From: an uncultured Gammaproteobacteria bacterium
GTDB taxonomy: Bacteria > Patescibacteriota > Patescibacteriia > UBA9934 > GWF2-40-263
DNA length: 64,000 nucleotides
Reading direction: 5' to 3'
NCBI GenBank assembly: GCA_964538435.1
Contig: CAZIDX010000001.1
Span: 64,393-128,392 of the forward strand
Position numbers and translations under genes: made by a program. Below the pieces are notes generated by a model. The model saw only the letters and a program-made list of their open reading frames with translations, did no database searches and was not told the origin of the DNA. Below are positions 47,661-56,252 of this stretch, one piece after another (position 1 is the stretch's first letter; the number at the start of each line of letters is the position of its first letter).

Positions 47661-48358
47661 AGATTTCCGTAATCATCCCAACATACCAGCACGCGAAAAC
47701 AATTCTAGATTGTGTAGAGTCTTTGGTTACACAATCAAGAAGTCCAGATGAAATCATTGTGGTTGATGATGGTTCAACCGATGGAACCGAACAGGTTCTG
47801 ACCGATAGTAAAGATCAGATTCAATACATTAGACAAGAAAATGCAGGGCCGCAGTCGGCTCGGATGGCTGGATACAAAAAATCATCAGGCGATCTTTTGC
47901 TCTTTTGTGACGCCGATATCGTTGCACGAGCAAATATGCTAGAAAGGCTTGAAAACGCGCTAAAAACGCATTCTGAGGCCTCATACGCGTATGCTAGCTT
48001 CATGTGGGGCTCAAAACTATTCAAGTGCGGCCCTTTTAATGCGGATAGGCTAAAAAGAATGAATTTCATTCACACCTCAGCACTTATTCGTCGTGAGCAC
48101 TTTCCAGGATTTGATCTTTCAATAAAAAAGTTCCAAGATTGGGATCTGTGGCTCACCATGTTAGAACAGGAGCACAAAGGAGTCTTTGTTAATGAAATTC
48201 TCTACACCATCAGGCAAGAACGCAGTCGATTAAATATCTCAAGCTGGTTACCCTCGTTTGCCTACAAAATACCTTGGAGACTCATTGGATGGAAACCAAA
48301 GCGAATACAAAAATACGAAGAGGCTAGGGAAGTGATCAGAAAAAAACACCATCTATGA
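47657..48358 (+). CDS. Glycosyltransferase family 2
   Basis: ISVIIPTY, VDDGSTD, FCDAD, QDWDLWL; GTG start overlapping the upstream stop. Confidence 0.88.
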   Translation: MKISVIIPTYQHAKTILDCVESLVTQSRSPDEIIVVDDGSTDGTEQVLTDSKDQIQYIRQENAGPQSARMAGYKKSSGDLLLFCDADIVARANMLERLENALKTHSEASYAYASFMWGSKLFKCGPFNADRLKRMNFIHTSALIRREHFPGFDLSIKKFQDWDLWLTMLEQEHKGVFVNEILYTIRQERSRLNISSWLPSFAYKIPWRLIGWKPKRIQKYEEAREVIRKKHHL

Positions 48359-49200
48359 TTTCAGTTGTCACAGTCAACTACAAAACAATCGATTACACGC
48401 TCAACATGCTTGAGTCTCTTTTTGAATATCACAGCCATGATGAAATCGAGGTGTTTGTTGTGGAGAACGGCTCATGCGATAACCTGGATGAACTCAAAGG
48501 TCTTTACCCAAGGGTCAACGTTATAGAGTCAGAAACAAATCTGGGTTTTGCTGGGGGTTGCAATCTAGCCATTAAGGAGACAACAGGAGATTACGTTGTC
48601 CTTATCAATCCAGATATTGTATTTACAGGCAATGCACTCTCACGGATTGAACAGAAAATGGATCAAAATCCAGAGGTTGGAATCGGAGGTGTTTCACTAA
48701 AAAATCTCGATGGCTCACAACAAGACTGCGTGTGGTCATTCCCAACACCAATCGATCAACTCCTGCTCCTTCTCAAATGGAATCATGTCTTTCCAAATCT
48801 CAAGCCATTTAGACGGTGGCTCATGAAAGATTTTGACTACCTTTCTTCTACTGATGTGGATCAGGTCATGGGAGCATTCTTTTGCATAAGACGCAAGCTT
48901 ATTGATCAGATCGGTCTCCTCGATGATGGGTTCTTTATTTGGTATGAAGAGGTGGATTATTGCAAGCAGGCTGTTGATGCCGGTTGGCGCGTAAGATATT
49001 TCTCAGACATTTCAGCAAAACACAAGAAGGGGAGCAGCTTTGATCGGGTGCCTACAATCAAAAAACAGGCCGTGCTACGAAAGAGTGTTAGGCGCTATCT
49101 GAAGAAGCACCACGGTATCGCTGTCGGTGCATTCTTCACAATCTGTGAACCTATTTTCTATCTGTTTAGTGTTGTTGCCGCATTGGTAAAGCCCATATGA
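48355..49200 (+). CDS. Glycosyltransferase family 2 (WbbL-like)
   Basis: VTVNY, NLGFAGGCN, INPD, GAFF, WYEEVDYC. Confidence 0.88.
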   Translation: MISVVTVNYKTIDYTLNMLESLFEYHSHDEIEVFVVENGSCDNLDELKGLYPRVNVIESETNLGFAGGCNLAIKETTGDYVVLINPDIVFTGNALSRIEQKMDQNPEVGIGGVSLKNLDGSQQDCVWSFPTPIDQLLLLLKWNHVFPNLKPFRRWLMKDFDYLSSTDVDQVMGAFFCIRRKLIDQIGLLDDGFFIWYEEVDYCKQAVDAGWRVRYFSDISAKHKKGSSFDRVPTIKKQAVLRKSVRRYLKKHHGIAVGAFFTICEPIFYLFSVVAALVKPI

Positions 49201-50729
49201 TCAAGCAATTTTTTGGAAAACAATTCGTTTCCGGACTTATCGTTATTCTCTGCCTGAATATTGCTGCTGCAATAGGATATTTCTTAGGATTTGATGCTTT
49301 CCTGATTGCTGTGATTGCATGCGCTGCTCTTGGGGTCTCAATGGCAAACATTGAATTTGGAATAAGTCTTGCTCTTCTAGAACTATTTTCCAATGCGCAT
49401 GGGCAGCTGCTCAACATAGAAATCGCAGGATTTTCTGTTTCGCTAAGAATGGTAATTTTTGCAGCTGTAATGCTTGCTTTCATTCTCCAGCTCTTCCAAC
49501 AAAGGCTCAAGTTAGACCTACGGGATAAGCGACTATTCATATTCCTGCCAGCAGCAGCAGCTGTACTCATTGGATTCCTGTTTGGTTTCATAAGGAATGG
49601 ATTTGCCGAAGCTTTCTCAGACGGTAACGCCTACCTTTTTCTGCTTTACCTGCTGCCAATCCTGTCGATAAACTGGACAAACACAAAGAAAAAAATGCTC
49701 ATACAGATTTTGGTTGCGGGAGCCGTGTGGAATATTGCTGTGTCACTTATCACGCTCTACATCTTCTCTCATTTTGGTGAGCATGTTATCTACAACAGCT
49801 ACGTCTTCCTACGCGATCTGCGCATTGCCGAAATCACAGATCTTGGCGGAGGATTTTACAGAGTATTCCAACAATCACAGTTCTTTGTTGTGGCACTCCT
49901 TCTGCCAATACTTGCTCTGCTTACAAAACAAAAGAAGACCCCCGCATTGATCTGGGGGCTATCAAGCGCAGCTCTCAGTGTGGTAATCCTCAGCCTGTCT
50001 CGTTCATTTTGGCTTGGCTTTGCAGTATCACTGATTGCGCTTGCTGTTCTATTGATTGCAGCACGAAAACCTAAGCTCAAAACCATAAGCAAAAACACTC
50101 TTCGTTTCGTAATGTTTTCCATTCTTGGTGCATGTATTGTGATCGCTGTAGCTCTGTTTCCGATCCCCAACCAAAGCCTTAGCAGCTCTGATCTTGCCTT
50201 TGCATTCTCACAACGCGCCAGCTCAAGCGATGATGCAGCAATATCCAGCCGCTGGAACCTACTTGACCCAATGATTGAATCAATAAAATCAAACCCTATT
50301 GAAGGTGCTGGTTTTGGAAGCATTGTTACATTCACAACAGACGATCCGCGCGCACGTGAAATCAATCCGTCTGGAGAGTGGTCAGTGGTTGCCATGGAGT
50401 GGGGATGGTTAGAGATCTGGCTAAAAATGGGTGTGATCGCACCAATTGCATTTGCATACTTGCTTTTCATGACAGCCAAGATGCTTCTTACCGAAAGAAC
50501 TGAGCATCAATGGATGAGTGTCGGCCTTGTCTCAGGTCTTGTCTTTTTGACAGTCACGCACTTCTTCTCACCATACCTGAACCACCCAATTGGTCTTGGA
50601 TTCATTCTATTTTGCATCCCATTCATTCCAGAAAAGAAAATGAAAAAAGCTGCAATTGCAGCTTCTCAGACTGTGAAAAAAATGAAGCAACGATCAATCC
50701 CTGCTGTTGCCTCTAAGACAAATTCATAG
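49197..50729 (+). CDS. O-antigen ligase/polymerase-like (Wzy_C) membrane protein
   Basis: Many TM helices; SLSRSFWLG, SRW...NPIEGAGFG, WLKMG. Confidence 0.7.
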   Translation: MIKQFFGKQFVSGLIVILCLNIAAAIGYFLGFDAFLIAVIACAALGVSMANIEFGISLALLELFSNAHGQLLNIEIAGFSVSLRMVIFAAVMLAFILQLFQQRLKLDLRDKRLFIFLPAAAAVLIGFLFGFIRNGFAEAFSDGNAYLFLLYLLPILSINWTNTKKKMLIQILVAGAVWNIAVSLITLYIFSHFGEHVIYNSYVFLRDLRIAEITDLGGGFYRVFQQSQFFVVALLLPILALLTKQKKTPALIWGLSSAALSVVILSLSRSFWLGFAVSLIALAVLLIAARKPKLKTISKNTLRFVMFSILGACIVIAVALFPIPNQSLSSSDLAFAFSQRASSSDDAAISSRWNLLDPMIESIKSNPIEGAGFGSIVTFTTDDPRAREINPSGEWSVVAMEWGWLEIWLKMGVIAPIAFAYLLFMTAKMLLTERTEHQWMSVGLVSGLVFLTVTHFFSPYLNHPIGLGFILFCIPFIPEKKMKKAAIAASQTVKKMKQRSIPAVASKTNS

Positions 50730-51659
50730 TTTTGATCCAACAAAGTCCTGATATCCATTCATGAAGGCTTCAGCCTTCATTTTTGGCTTGCCTTCTGGTT
50801 GCAGCTCATGAATCTCAAGAACCCCCTTACCACAACCGACAATTAATGCACCCTCTTCGTTTCTCACACAACCAATCTCTGCCTGAATATCACTGACTGA
50901 CACCTTTAGAAACTTGAGCCTGATCTCACTACCATCATCGCGCTTCCACACACACCATGCAGAGGGCCATGGTGAATATGCACGCATCTTCCTGTAGATT
51001 GATTCAGCCGATTCGTTCCAGTCAATCAGCCCATCGTCTCTGGTCAAAAGTCGCGTGACACTCACATTCTCATCACCTTGAGGAGAAGGTGAAATAGCAC
51101 CCCTGCTATATTCACGAAGGGTTTGAAGTAGAAGGTTTGGCCCAACAGCATGTACTTTCTCAACAAGACTTAGATAGGTCTCACCCTGATCCAAAGTAAT
51201 TGCAGCAGATGAGAGCAAGGGTCCAGTATCCATTCCATCATCCAGCAGCATAATACTCACACCTGTTTGCGCGTCGCCTTGCCGAATAGCCCACTGCATT
51301 GGAGAAGGTCCCCGATACCTGGGGAGCAGGGAAGGGTGAACATTCACACAACCAAGCCGAGGGATATCAAGCACCGCCTGCGGGATAAGTTTTCCGTAGG
51401 CAACCACAACAAACACGTCAGCACCAATAGACTCAAGTCTAGGCTTCACCGCATCAGACTTCAAACTTTTTGGCTGCAAAACAGTAATACTATTTTCCTG
51501 AGCAAGCACCTTCACAGCAGGAGGAATCAAGTTCCTGCCTCGTCCAGACGGCTTGTCAGGCTGGCAAACAACAGCGACGACCTCTGTGTCAGGGTCGTCG
51601 ATAAGTCCTTGCAAAAATGGAGTAGCAAACGCTGGTGTTCCAAAGAAAACGATGTTCAT
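50724..51659 (-). CDS. fmt: Methionyl-tRNA formyltransferase
   Basis: FFGTPAFA, QPDKPSGRG, NVHPSLLPRYRGPSP. Confidence 0.95.
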   Translation of the reverse strand: MNIVFFGTPAFATPFLQGLIDDPDTEVVAVVCQPDKPSGRGRNLIPPAVKVLAQENSITVLQPKSLKSDAVKPRLESIGADVFVVVAYGKLIPQAVLDIPRLGCVNVHPSLLPRYRGPSPMQWAIRQGDAQTGVSIMLLDDGMDTGPLLSSAAITLDQGETYLSLVEKVHAVGPNLLLQTLREYSRGAISPSPQGDENVSVTRLLTRDDGLIDWNESAESIYRKMRAYSPWPSAWCVWKRDDGSEIRLKFLKVSVSDIQAEIGCVRNEEGALIVGCGKGVLEIHELQPEGKPKMKAEAFMNGYQDFVGSKL

Positions 51660-51660
51660 A

Positions 51661-52134
51661 CTACATGCGCGGTGGTGATGTGTACTTCCTAACTTTATCA
51701 ATAAACAAAATGCCGTGAAGATGATCGATTTCGTGTTGAAGGATGATGCTAGACATCCCCTCAGCCTTTACAACAATTTCCTCACCGCTCTCACTAAAGG
51801 CCTCTATCTCTACTGACCGCGGCCTCTTCACAAGACCAAACACATCAGGAACAGACAAACATCCTTCTTCAGATGTAATCTTTCTAAACGATTTCTTAAC
51901 AACCTTTGGATTAATGAACACCTGTGGTTCATTGCCTGTTGCAACAATAATAATCTGTTTGTGAACTCCAATTTGAGGTGCAGCAATACCAATCCCATTC
52001 TCATACCTCATGGTCTCCTTGAGATCCTGGATCAACTCACGAACCTCTCTTGAGTCAATCTCTTCAGGGTGAACAAAATCTGACTTCTTTCGAAGCTCAT
52101 TGTTTGGATCAGTGATTACAGTTCGTGCTGTCAT
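51661..52134 (-). CDS. def: Peptide deformylase
   Basis: GIGIAAPQIG, EGCLS, QHEIDHLHG. Confidence 0.96.
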   Translation of the reverse strand: MTARTVITDPNNELRKKSDFVHPEEIDSREVRELIQDLKETMRYENGIGIAAPQIGVHKQIIIVATGNEPQVFINPKVVKKSFRKITSEEGCLSVPDVFGLVKRPRSVEIEAFSESGEEIVVKAEGMSSIILQHEIDHLHGILFIDKVRKYTSPPRM

Positions 52135-52149
52135 AGGTTTCCTAGATTC

Positions 52150-53976
52150 TCACAAAAGACCTTGTATGTCAATGATATAGTGGTCTGGCAATTCTGTGAA
52201 GATGGAAATGAGATGCTGTGCAATCTCACGCTGTGTACGCACCTTTAGCACGGGTGAACCCGTCTTTGAGGTGGATTCTGTGACACTGGTATGTTCAACT
52301 GATTGGAGTTTCCTCATGAGGGCATGAATCCCTATATCAGCCTTTCTTGCATCATCTTCCCGATTTTCAATAGTGATAAGAGTCGAAAAAGGAGGAAGGT
52401 CGTAACGTTGCCTTATGAGCAGCTCTTCAGATAAAAGCCGGCTTGAATCTGACAAGAATGAAGAAAAGAAATCAACATGCGACGTTTGAACCATAAAATC
52501 CGATCTCATCGAAAGTGCAACCCCTCTCCAAACACAGGCGTTATGTAAAGCTTTTTCTTTCGCATTCACATGTGTGGAATACAGAGACGTGTCTGCATCA
52601 ACTAACACAACAAGCCCAAACGAACCCGTCTTTAATGCACCATGATCCGTTTCAAGAAAATAGTTAGTGCTAATAAGAATTTGAGATTGAACATCCGAAT
52701 GATCATCCTTAGAAAGAGTCCCAATAGACGCACCTGAATATCTTTCTTGTAAAAGCCTGGCCAAACCCCTAACACCAATAGCTAAATGTTTCAGATCTGT
52801 TCCTTTGCAATAGAAACATTGACGTGGAATAGGGGAGTCTTGCTGACACCTAGCACAATGCATGACATGGTCCAAAGCCTTTGTCTGGCTATTGCACACA
52901 TTACAAACAACCCTTTCACTGCATGACTTGCAGACAAGGCCTGAAGATGCGCCTTTGCGATTCAAGACAAACAACACTCTACTACCAAGCTCCATTTCCC
53001 GTTGCACCTGACCCTCTGCCCGGGAAGAAAGAAAAGCGTTTGATGATTCCTGTCGCTCAATGTTCATATCAACAAGCAAGACAGGTTGCGATGTACTCCA
53101 CTCCAACCGACCTGATTCTGGAAACCTATGAGTATCTATGGCTCGCGGCAAAGCATCAAAAAAATAGATATTAGCTTGTGTGCGTTCATGAAATTCCCAA
53201 AGCATTGAGCGCACGTCAAAACGAGGGTTTCTATCCTGCTGCCTATGATTACTGTCCGAGCTGTTGAAAACAAAATACGAATTTATGCGCGCATCAAGCA
53301 TGAGAGCAGCCGTTTTTGTCCCGATCACAAAAGGGTCTTTCTGCTTTCTGGCTTTTTCATATCGCACAAACCGCTCATTATTCGACTCGTCTCCAGTAAG
53401 AACAATGGGCTTGAATGAGGCGAGCTGCACTTCAAGTAGTCTCGCTTCTCTTACCGTAGGAGCAATCACGCAAACACCACCCTTCTGATGTGTAAGATAG
53501 GCGGCAAGAAGCACTGCCATGCGCCTAAAATCTGGAATCTGAACAATGCACTCACGTTGATTTACAAGACGCTTAAACAATCTCGTCAGAATCTCTGTCT
53601 CATTCTTCGGTAGTGTGATCGGCCTCTGCTTTTCCTGCGGCTCATCATTCTCTTTAGCCTTTCTTTTTGGAGGTGTGGGTATTGCAACGTAAAGAATCGA
53701 TGAGACAGATTGAACAAGCTGCTTTGCAAGATATTCAAAAAAAGAGAGTTCCACCTCCCTTAACGAAATTGCATTGTTAACACCCAGTAGCGGCTGCAGC
53801 CGTATCCCGCGCTCAGGTTTTTCCTTGAGCCGTCTGACAACACCCCAAACCTCTTTTCTCCTCAAGCTTATACTCACCAATGAACCTCGTTTAACACTCA
53901 TCCCATCCGGGATTTTGTAATCAAACGATTTCATTGCACGAGGCATGCGTTGCAAAGGGTAAACTTCAGCGATCAT
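52150..53976 (-). CDS. priA: Primosomal protein N' (PriA)-like, helicase motifs degenerate
   Basis: N-terminal FDYKIP, LNRKG followed by four CxxC pairs, PPFS; upstream of def-fmt; no Walker A or DExH. Confidence 0.75.
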   Translation of the reverse strand: MIAEVYPLQRMPRAMKSFDYKIPDGMSVKRGSLVSISLRRKEVWGVVRRLKEKPERGIRLQPLLGVNNAISLREVELSFFEYLAKQLVQSVSSILYVAIPTPPKRKAKENDEPQEKQRPITLPKNETEILTRLFKRLVNQRECIVQIPDFRRMAVLLAAYLTHQKGGVCVIAPTVREARLLEVQLASFKPIVLTGDESNNERFVRYEKARKQKDPFVIGTKTAALMLDARINSYFVFNSSDSNHRQQDRNPRFDVRSMLWEFHERTQANIYFFDALPRAIDTHRFPESGRLEWSTSQPVLLVDMNIERQESSNAFLSSRAEGQVQREMELGSRVLFVLNRKGASSGLVCKSCSERVVCNVCNSQTKALDHVMHCARCQQDSPIPRQCFYCKGTDLKHLAIGVRGLARLLQERYSGASIGTLSKDDHSDVQSQILISTNYFLETDHGALKTGSFGLVVLVDADTSLYSTHVNAKEKALHNACVWRGVALSMRSDFMVQTSHVDFFSSFLSDSSRLLSEELLIRQRYDLPPFSTLITIENREDDARKADIGIHALMRKLQSVEHTSVTESTSKTGSPVLKVRTQREIAQHLISIFTELPDHYIIDIQGLL

Positions 53977-54761
53977 AGATGAAACTGTGCTACCAAGTAC
54001 CCAACACCAAACGGAGCTTCATATGACAATAGCTCTGGTCGAAGCTGTTGCTTTTCAAGTATTCCAAACAGGATAACAAGCTGCTCGTACACACAAGCCT
54101 TTGCATTCATTCGCACAGACTCCTCAACGTTTAAAAGCGTTGATCGAGACAGATCTTTTACGGCACGAACAATCTCATCATCAAACGTTTTTGCATCTGG
54201 ATGGAAACCACCAGGCGCATCAGAAATATGACAATGCGCTAAATCACCTGAGGCAATCACGGCAATGCGCTTATTTGTGTGAGCAAAAACATCCTTCAGC
54301 ATCGCACCAAACGCAAGATGATCCTTTGTTGAAAGCCCGCTGTATGAAATGGGTACTACCTGAATATCCTTGAAGTTTGATGCAAGAAGCTCAAGAGGAA
54401 CACCTGATCCAAAATTAAGCTTCTGTGACGAATCAAGGGTTACAGGAACATCCACATCTCGCCCCCTGCGCCTGATGCTTGAGATCAGTTCTCTGTCCGG
54501 TAGAAACGTCTCAGCTGTAGACAGATCCCCAAACTCAGTAAAGTCAGTTTGAAAATAATCACTCAAATTGATTGAAAAAGCATGTTCATGCTGCGTCTCA
54601 TGCGAAGAGATTAATACGATCGTGTCCGGATTCGAAACATAAAGATTCTCAGCAATCTCGTTGATGGCATCAAGGGTCTTCTTCAGTTTTGCCTGGTTGT
54701 CTTTTCCAATAGTCGTAAGCAGAAGCGGGGAATGGGGGACAACACCTGAGAAAACAATCAT
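53973..54761 (-). CDS. MEMO1/LigB-like (AmmeMemoRadiSam B-type) protein
   Basis: PHSPLL, PDTIVLISSH, VIASGDLAH, SYEAPFGVGY. Confidence 0.8.
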   Translation of the reverse strand: MIVFSGVVPHSPLLLTTIGKDNQAKLKKTLDAINEIAENLYVSNPDTIVLISSHETQHEHAFSINLSDYFQTDFTEFGDLSTAETFLPDRELISSIRRRGRDVDVPVTLDSSQKLNFGSGVPLELLASNFKDIQVVPISYSGLSTKDHLAFGAMLKDVFAHTNKRIAVIASGDLAHCHISDAPGGFHPDAKTFDDEIVRAVKDLSRSTLLNVEESVRMNAKACVYEQLVILFGILEKQQLRPELLSYEAPFGVGYLVAQFHL

Positions 54762-54762
54762 G

Positions 54763-56181
54763 TCAGTACGCAGTTACATTAATTTCCTCACCTTCGTCCT
54801 GAACAGAGAGAGAGGCGCCCAATGGATGAAGCAGCACTGACCGTTCATTGGTCCACACAACCTGATCAAAGGACCAGCCAAATGTGGCAAAGGTTTCCTC
54901 ATCAGTGATGTGATGCCGATTTCCATCTGAGACTACAAAAATATCAGGTGAGCCTGTAACGGCAATTAAACTACCATCAGCAAACTTAATGTCACCGCCG
55001 TTTTCATAAGAATCAAGATCTTCATCATCAACCTTTACGATCATAAGATCTCCGTACCGATTCTGCAAAATTTCCTTAGAATGAATCGCATACTTCACAC
55101 CATTCTCAGCATACACAATCCCACCAGTTGTCTTGCTCTGTAGCAACGTCCCTTGCGGATACACTGAGTCAACCGAGATCGATTCACCCTCCACATAAAC
55201 AAGCAAGTCATCCCATGTCACATCAACAATCTCATCTGGAGAATATCCAATCGCCCTAAACGCCTCCTGAGAAGTAAACCCACGCCGCTCATCATCAACA
55301 ATCAAGTACACAGCACCAGTAGGCGAGCGAAGCAATGAGTAGTTGGGAAAACTAATAGGATCTCCCTCAGGATACTTCTCAATCTCCGTAGTTGAAGTAG
55401 GGATTACAAGGTTTGCATTGAACCGACTGTAAAACGCAGCCTGAGAGGTGATAGCCCTACGAGCACCGTGCTGAATAAGCCAGACCCCACCAGTAGTCGT
55501 GTCCTGCAAGAGCGAACCATTCAAAAACGTCCGTACAAACCAATCGTTCCAGATGCGAACAAAGTTCTCATTACCATGAAGGTGAGGAGTGTAAGTATAA
55601 AGTGAAGAAGTCGCATAGTTCACAGGCACAACAGTAGTCCCATCAATCTCAATCTCAATCCCAGGCCCAACACCCGTCTCCGTATACCCACGACTCATAA
55701 GGTCAGTAAGATAAGACTCACGAATCCGAGCCGCTGCATAATGCACCTGATTAGCAAACCCCTTAAATTTCTGAATCCGAGGATCATCCATAGAACAATC
55801 ATCACAAACCGCATACCCCATAGCCCAAGCAAGCTGCTTTTCTGTAGGGGAATCATCTTCTACCAAACTCTGCTCACGCTGCAAGAGCACAAGCAAAAAC
55901 TCGCTGCTAATCCCATAACTCTGCGAAGCATTCCAAATAATCTCAGCTGCACTCCTCACAACACCATCCAAATCCACATCCTCATACTCAGCCAAGTACC
56001 CCCGCTCCAAAAACCGCTGAACATCCTCCAGGCTCATAGAACCATAGTCAAGCATCTCCTCATCTGAAACTAAATAATGAGGATTAAAAGTAACATCCTC
56101 ATTAGCAAATACCTCCAACCCTGGCGTAAAAGATCCAAGGATAATTGTGAGCAAAAGAAGCCCAATCGAGAGCTTTTTCAT
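54763..56181 (-). CDS. Secreted protein: putative lysozyme-like N-terminal domain plus about four beta repeats
   Basis: Signal peptide; IIWNASQSYGI...LLVLLQREQSL, LYTYTPH; repeats of the form GSLL...VYLI..G.RR. Confidence 0.6.
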   Translation of the reverse strand: MKKLSIGLLLLTIILGSFTPGLEVFANEDVTFNPHYLVSDEEMLDYGSMSLEDVQRFLERGYLAEYEDVDLDGVVRSAAEIIWNASQSYGISSEFLLVLLQREQSLVEDDSPTEKQLAWAMGYAVCDDCSMDDPRIQKFKGFANQVHYAAARIRESYLTDLMSRGYTETGVGPGIEIEIDGTTVVPVNYATSSLYTYTPHLHGNENFVRIWNDWFVRTFLNGSLLQDTTTGGVWLIQHGARRAITSQAAFYSRFNANLVIPTSTTEIEKYPEGDPISFPNYSLLRSPTGAVYLIVDDERRGFTSQEAFRAIGYSPDEIVDVTWDDLLVYVEGESISVDSVYPQGTLLQSKTTGGIVYAENGVKYAIHSKEILQNRYGDLMIVKVDDEDLDSYENGGDIKFADGSLIAVTGSPDIFVVSDGNRHHITDEETFATFGWSFDQVVWTNERSVLLHPLGASLSVQDEGEEINVTAY

Positions 56182-56219
56182 ATGGACAAATTATACCTCA
56201 GGGCAGGTCTTCAGTAAAC

Positions 56220-56246
56220 AAAAAAGCAGGCTTACACCTGCTTTTT
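56220..56246. terminator. Terminator after clpB
   Basis: AAAAAGCAGG-CTTACA-CCTGCTTTTT. Confidence 0.75.
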
Positions 56247-56252
56247 ACATTC

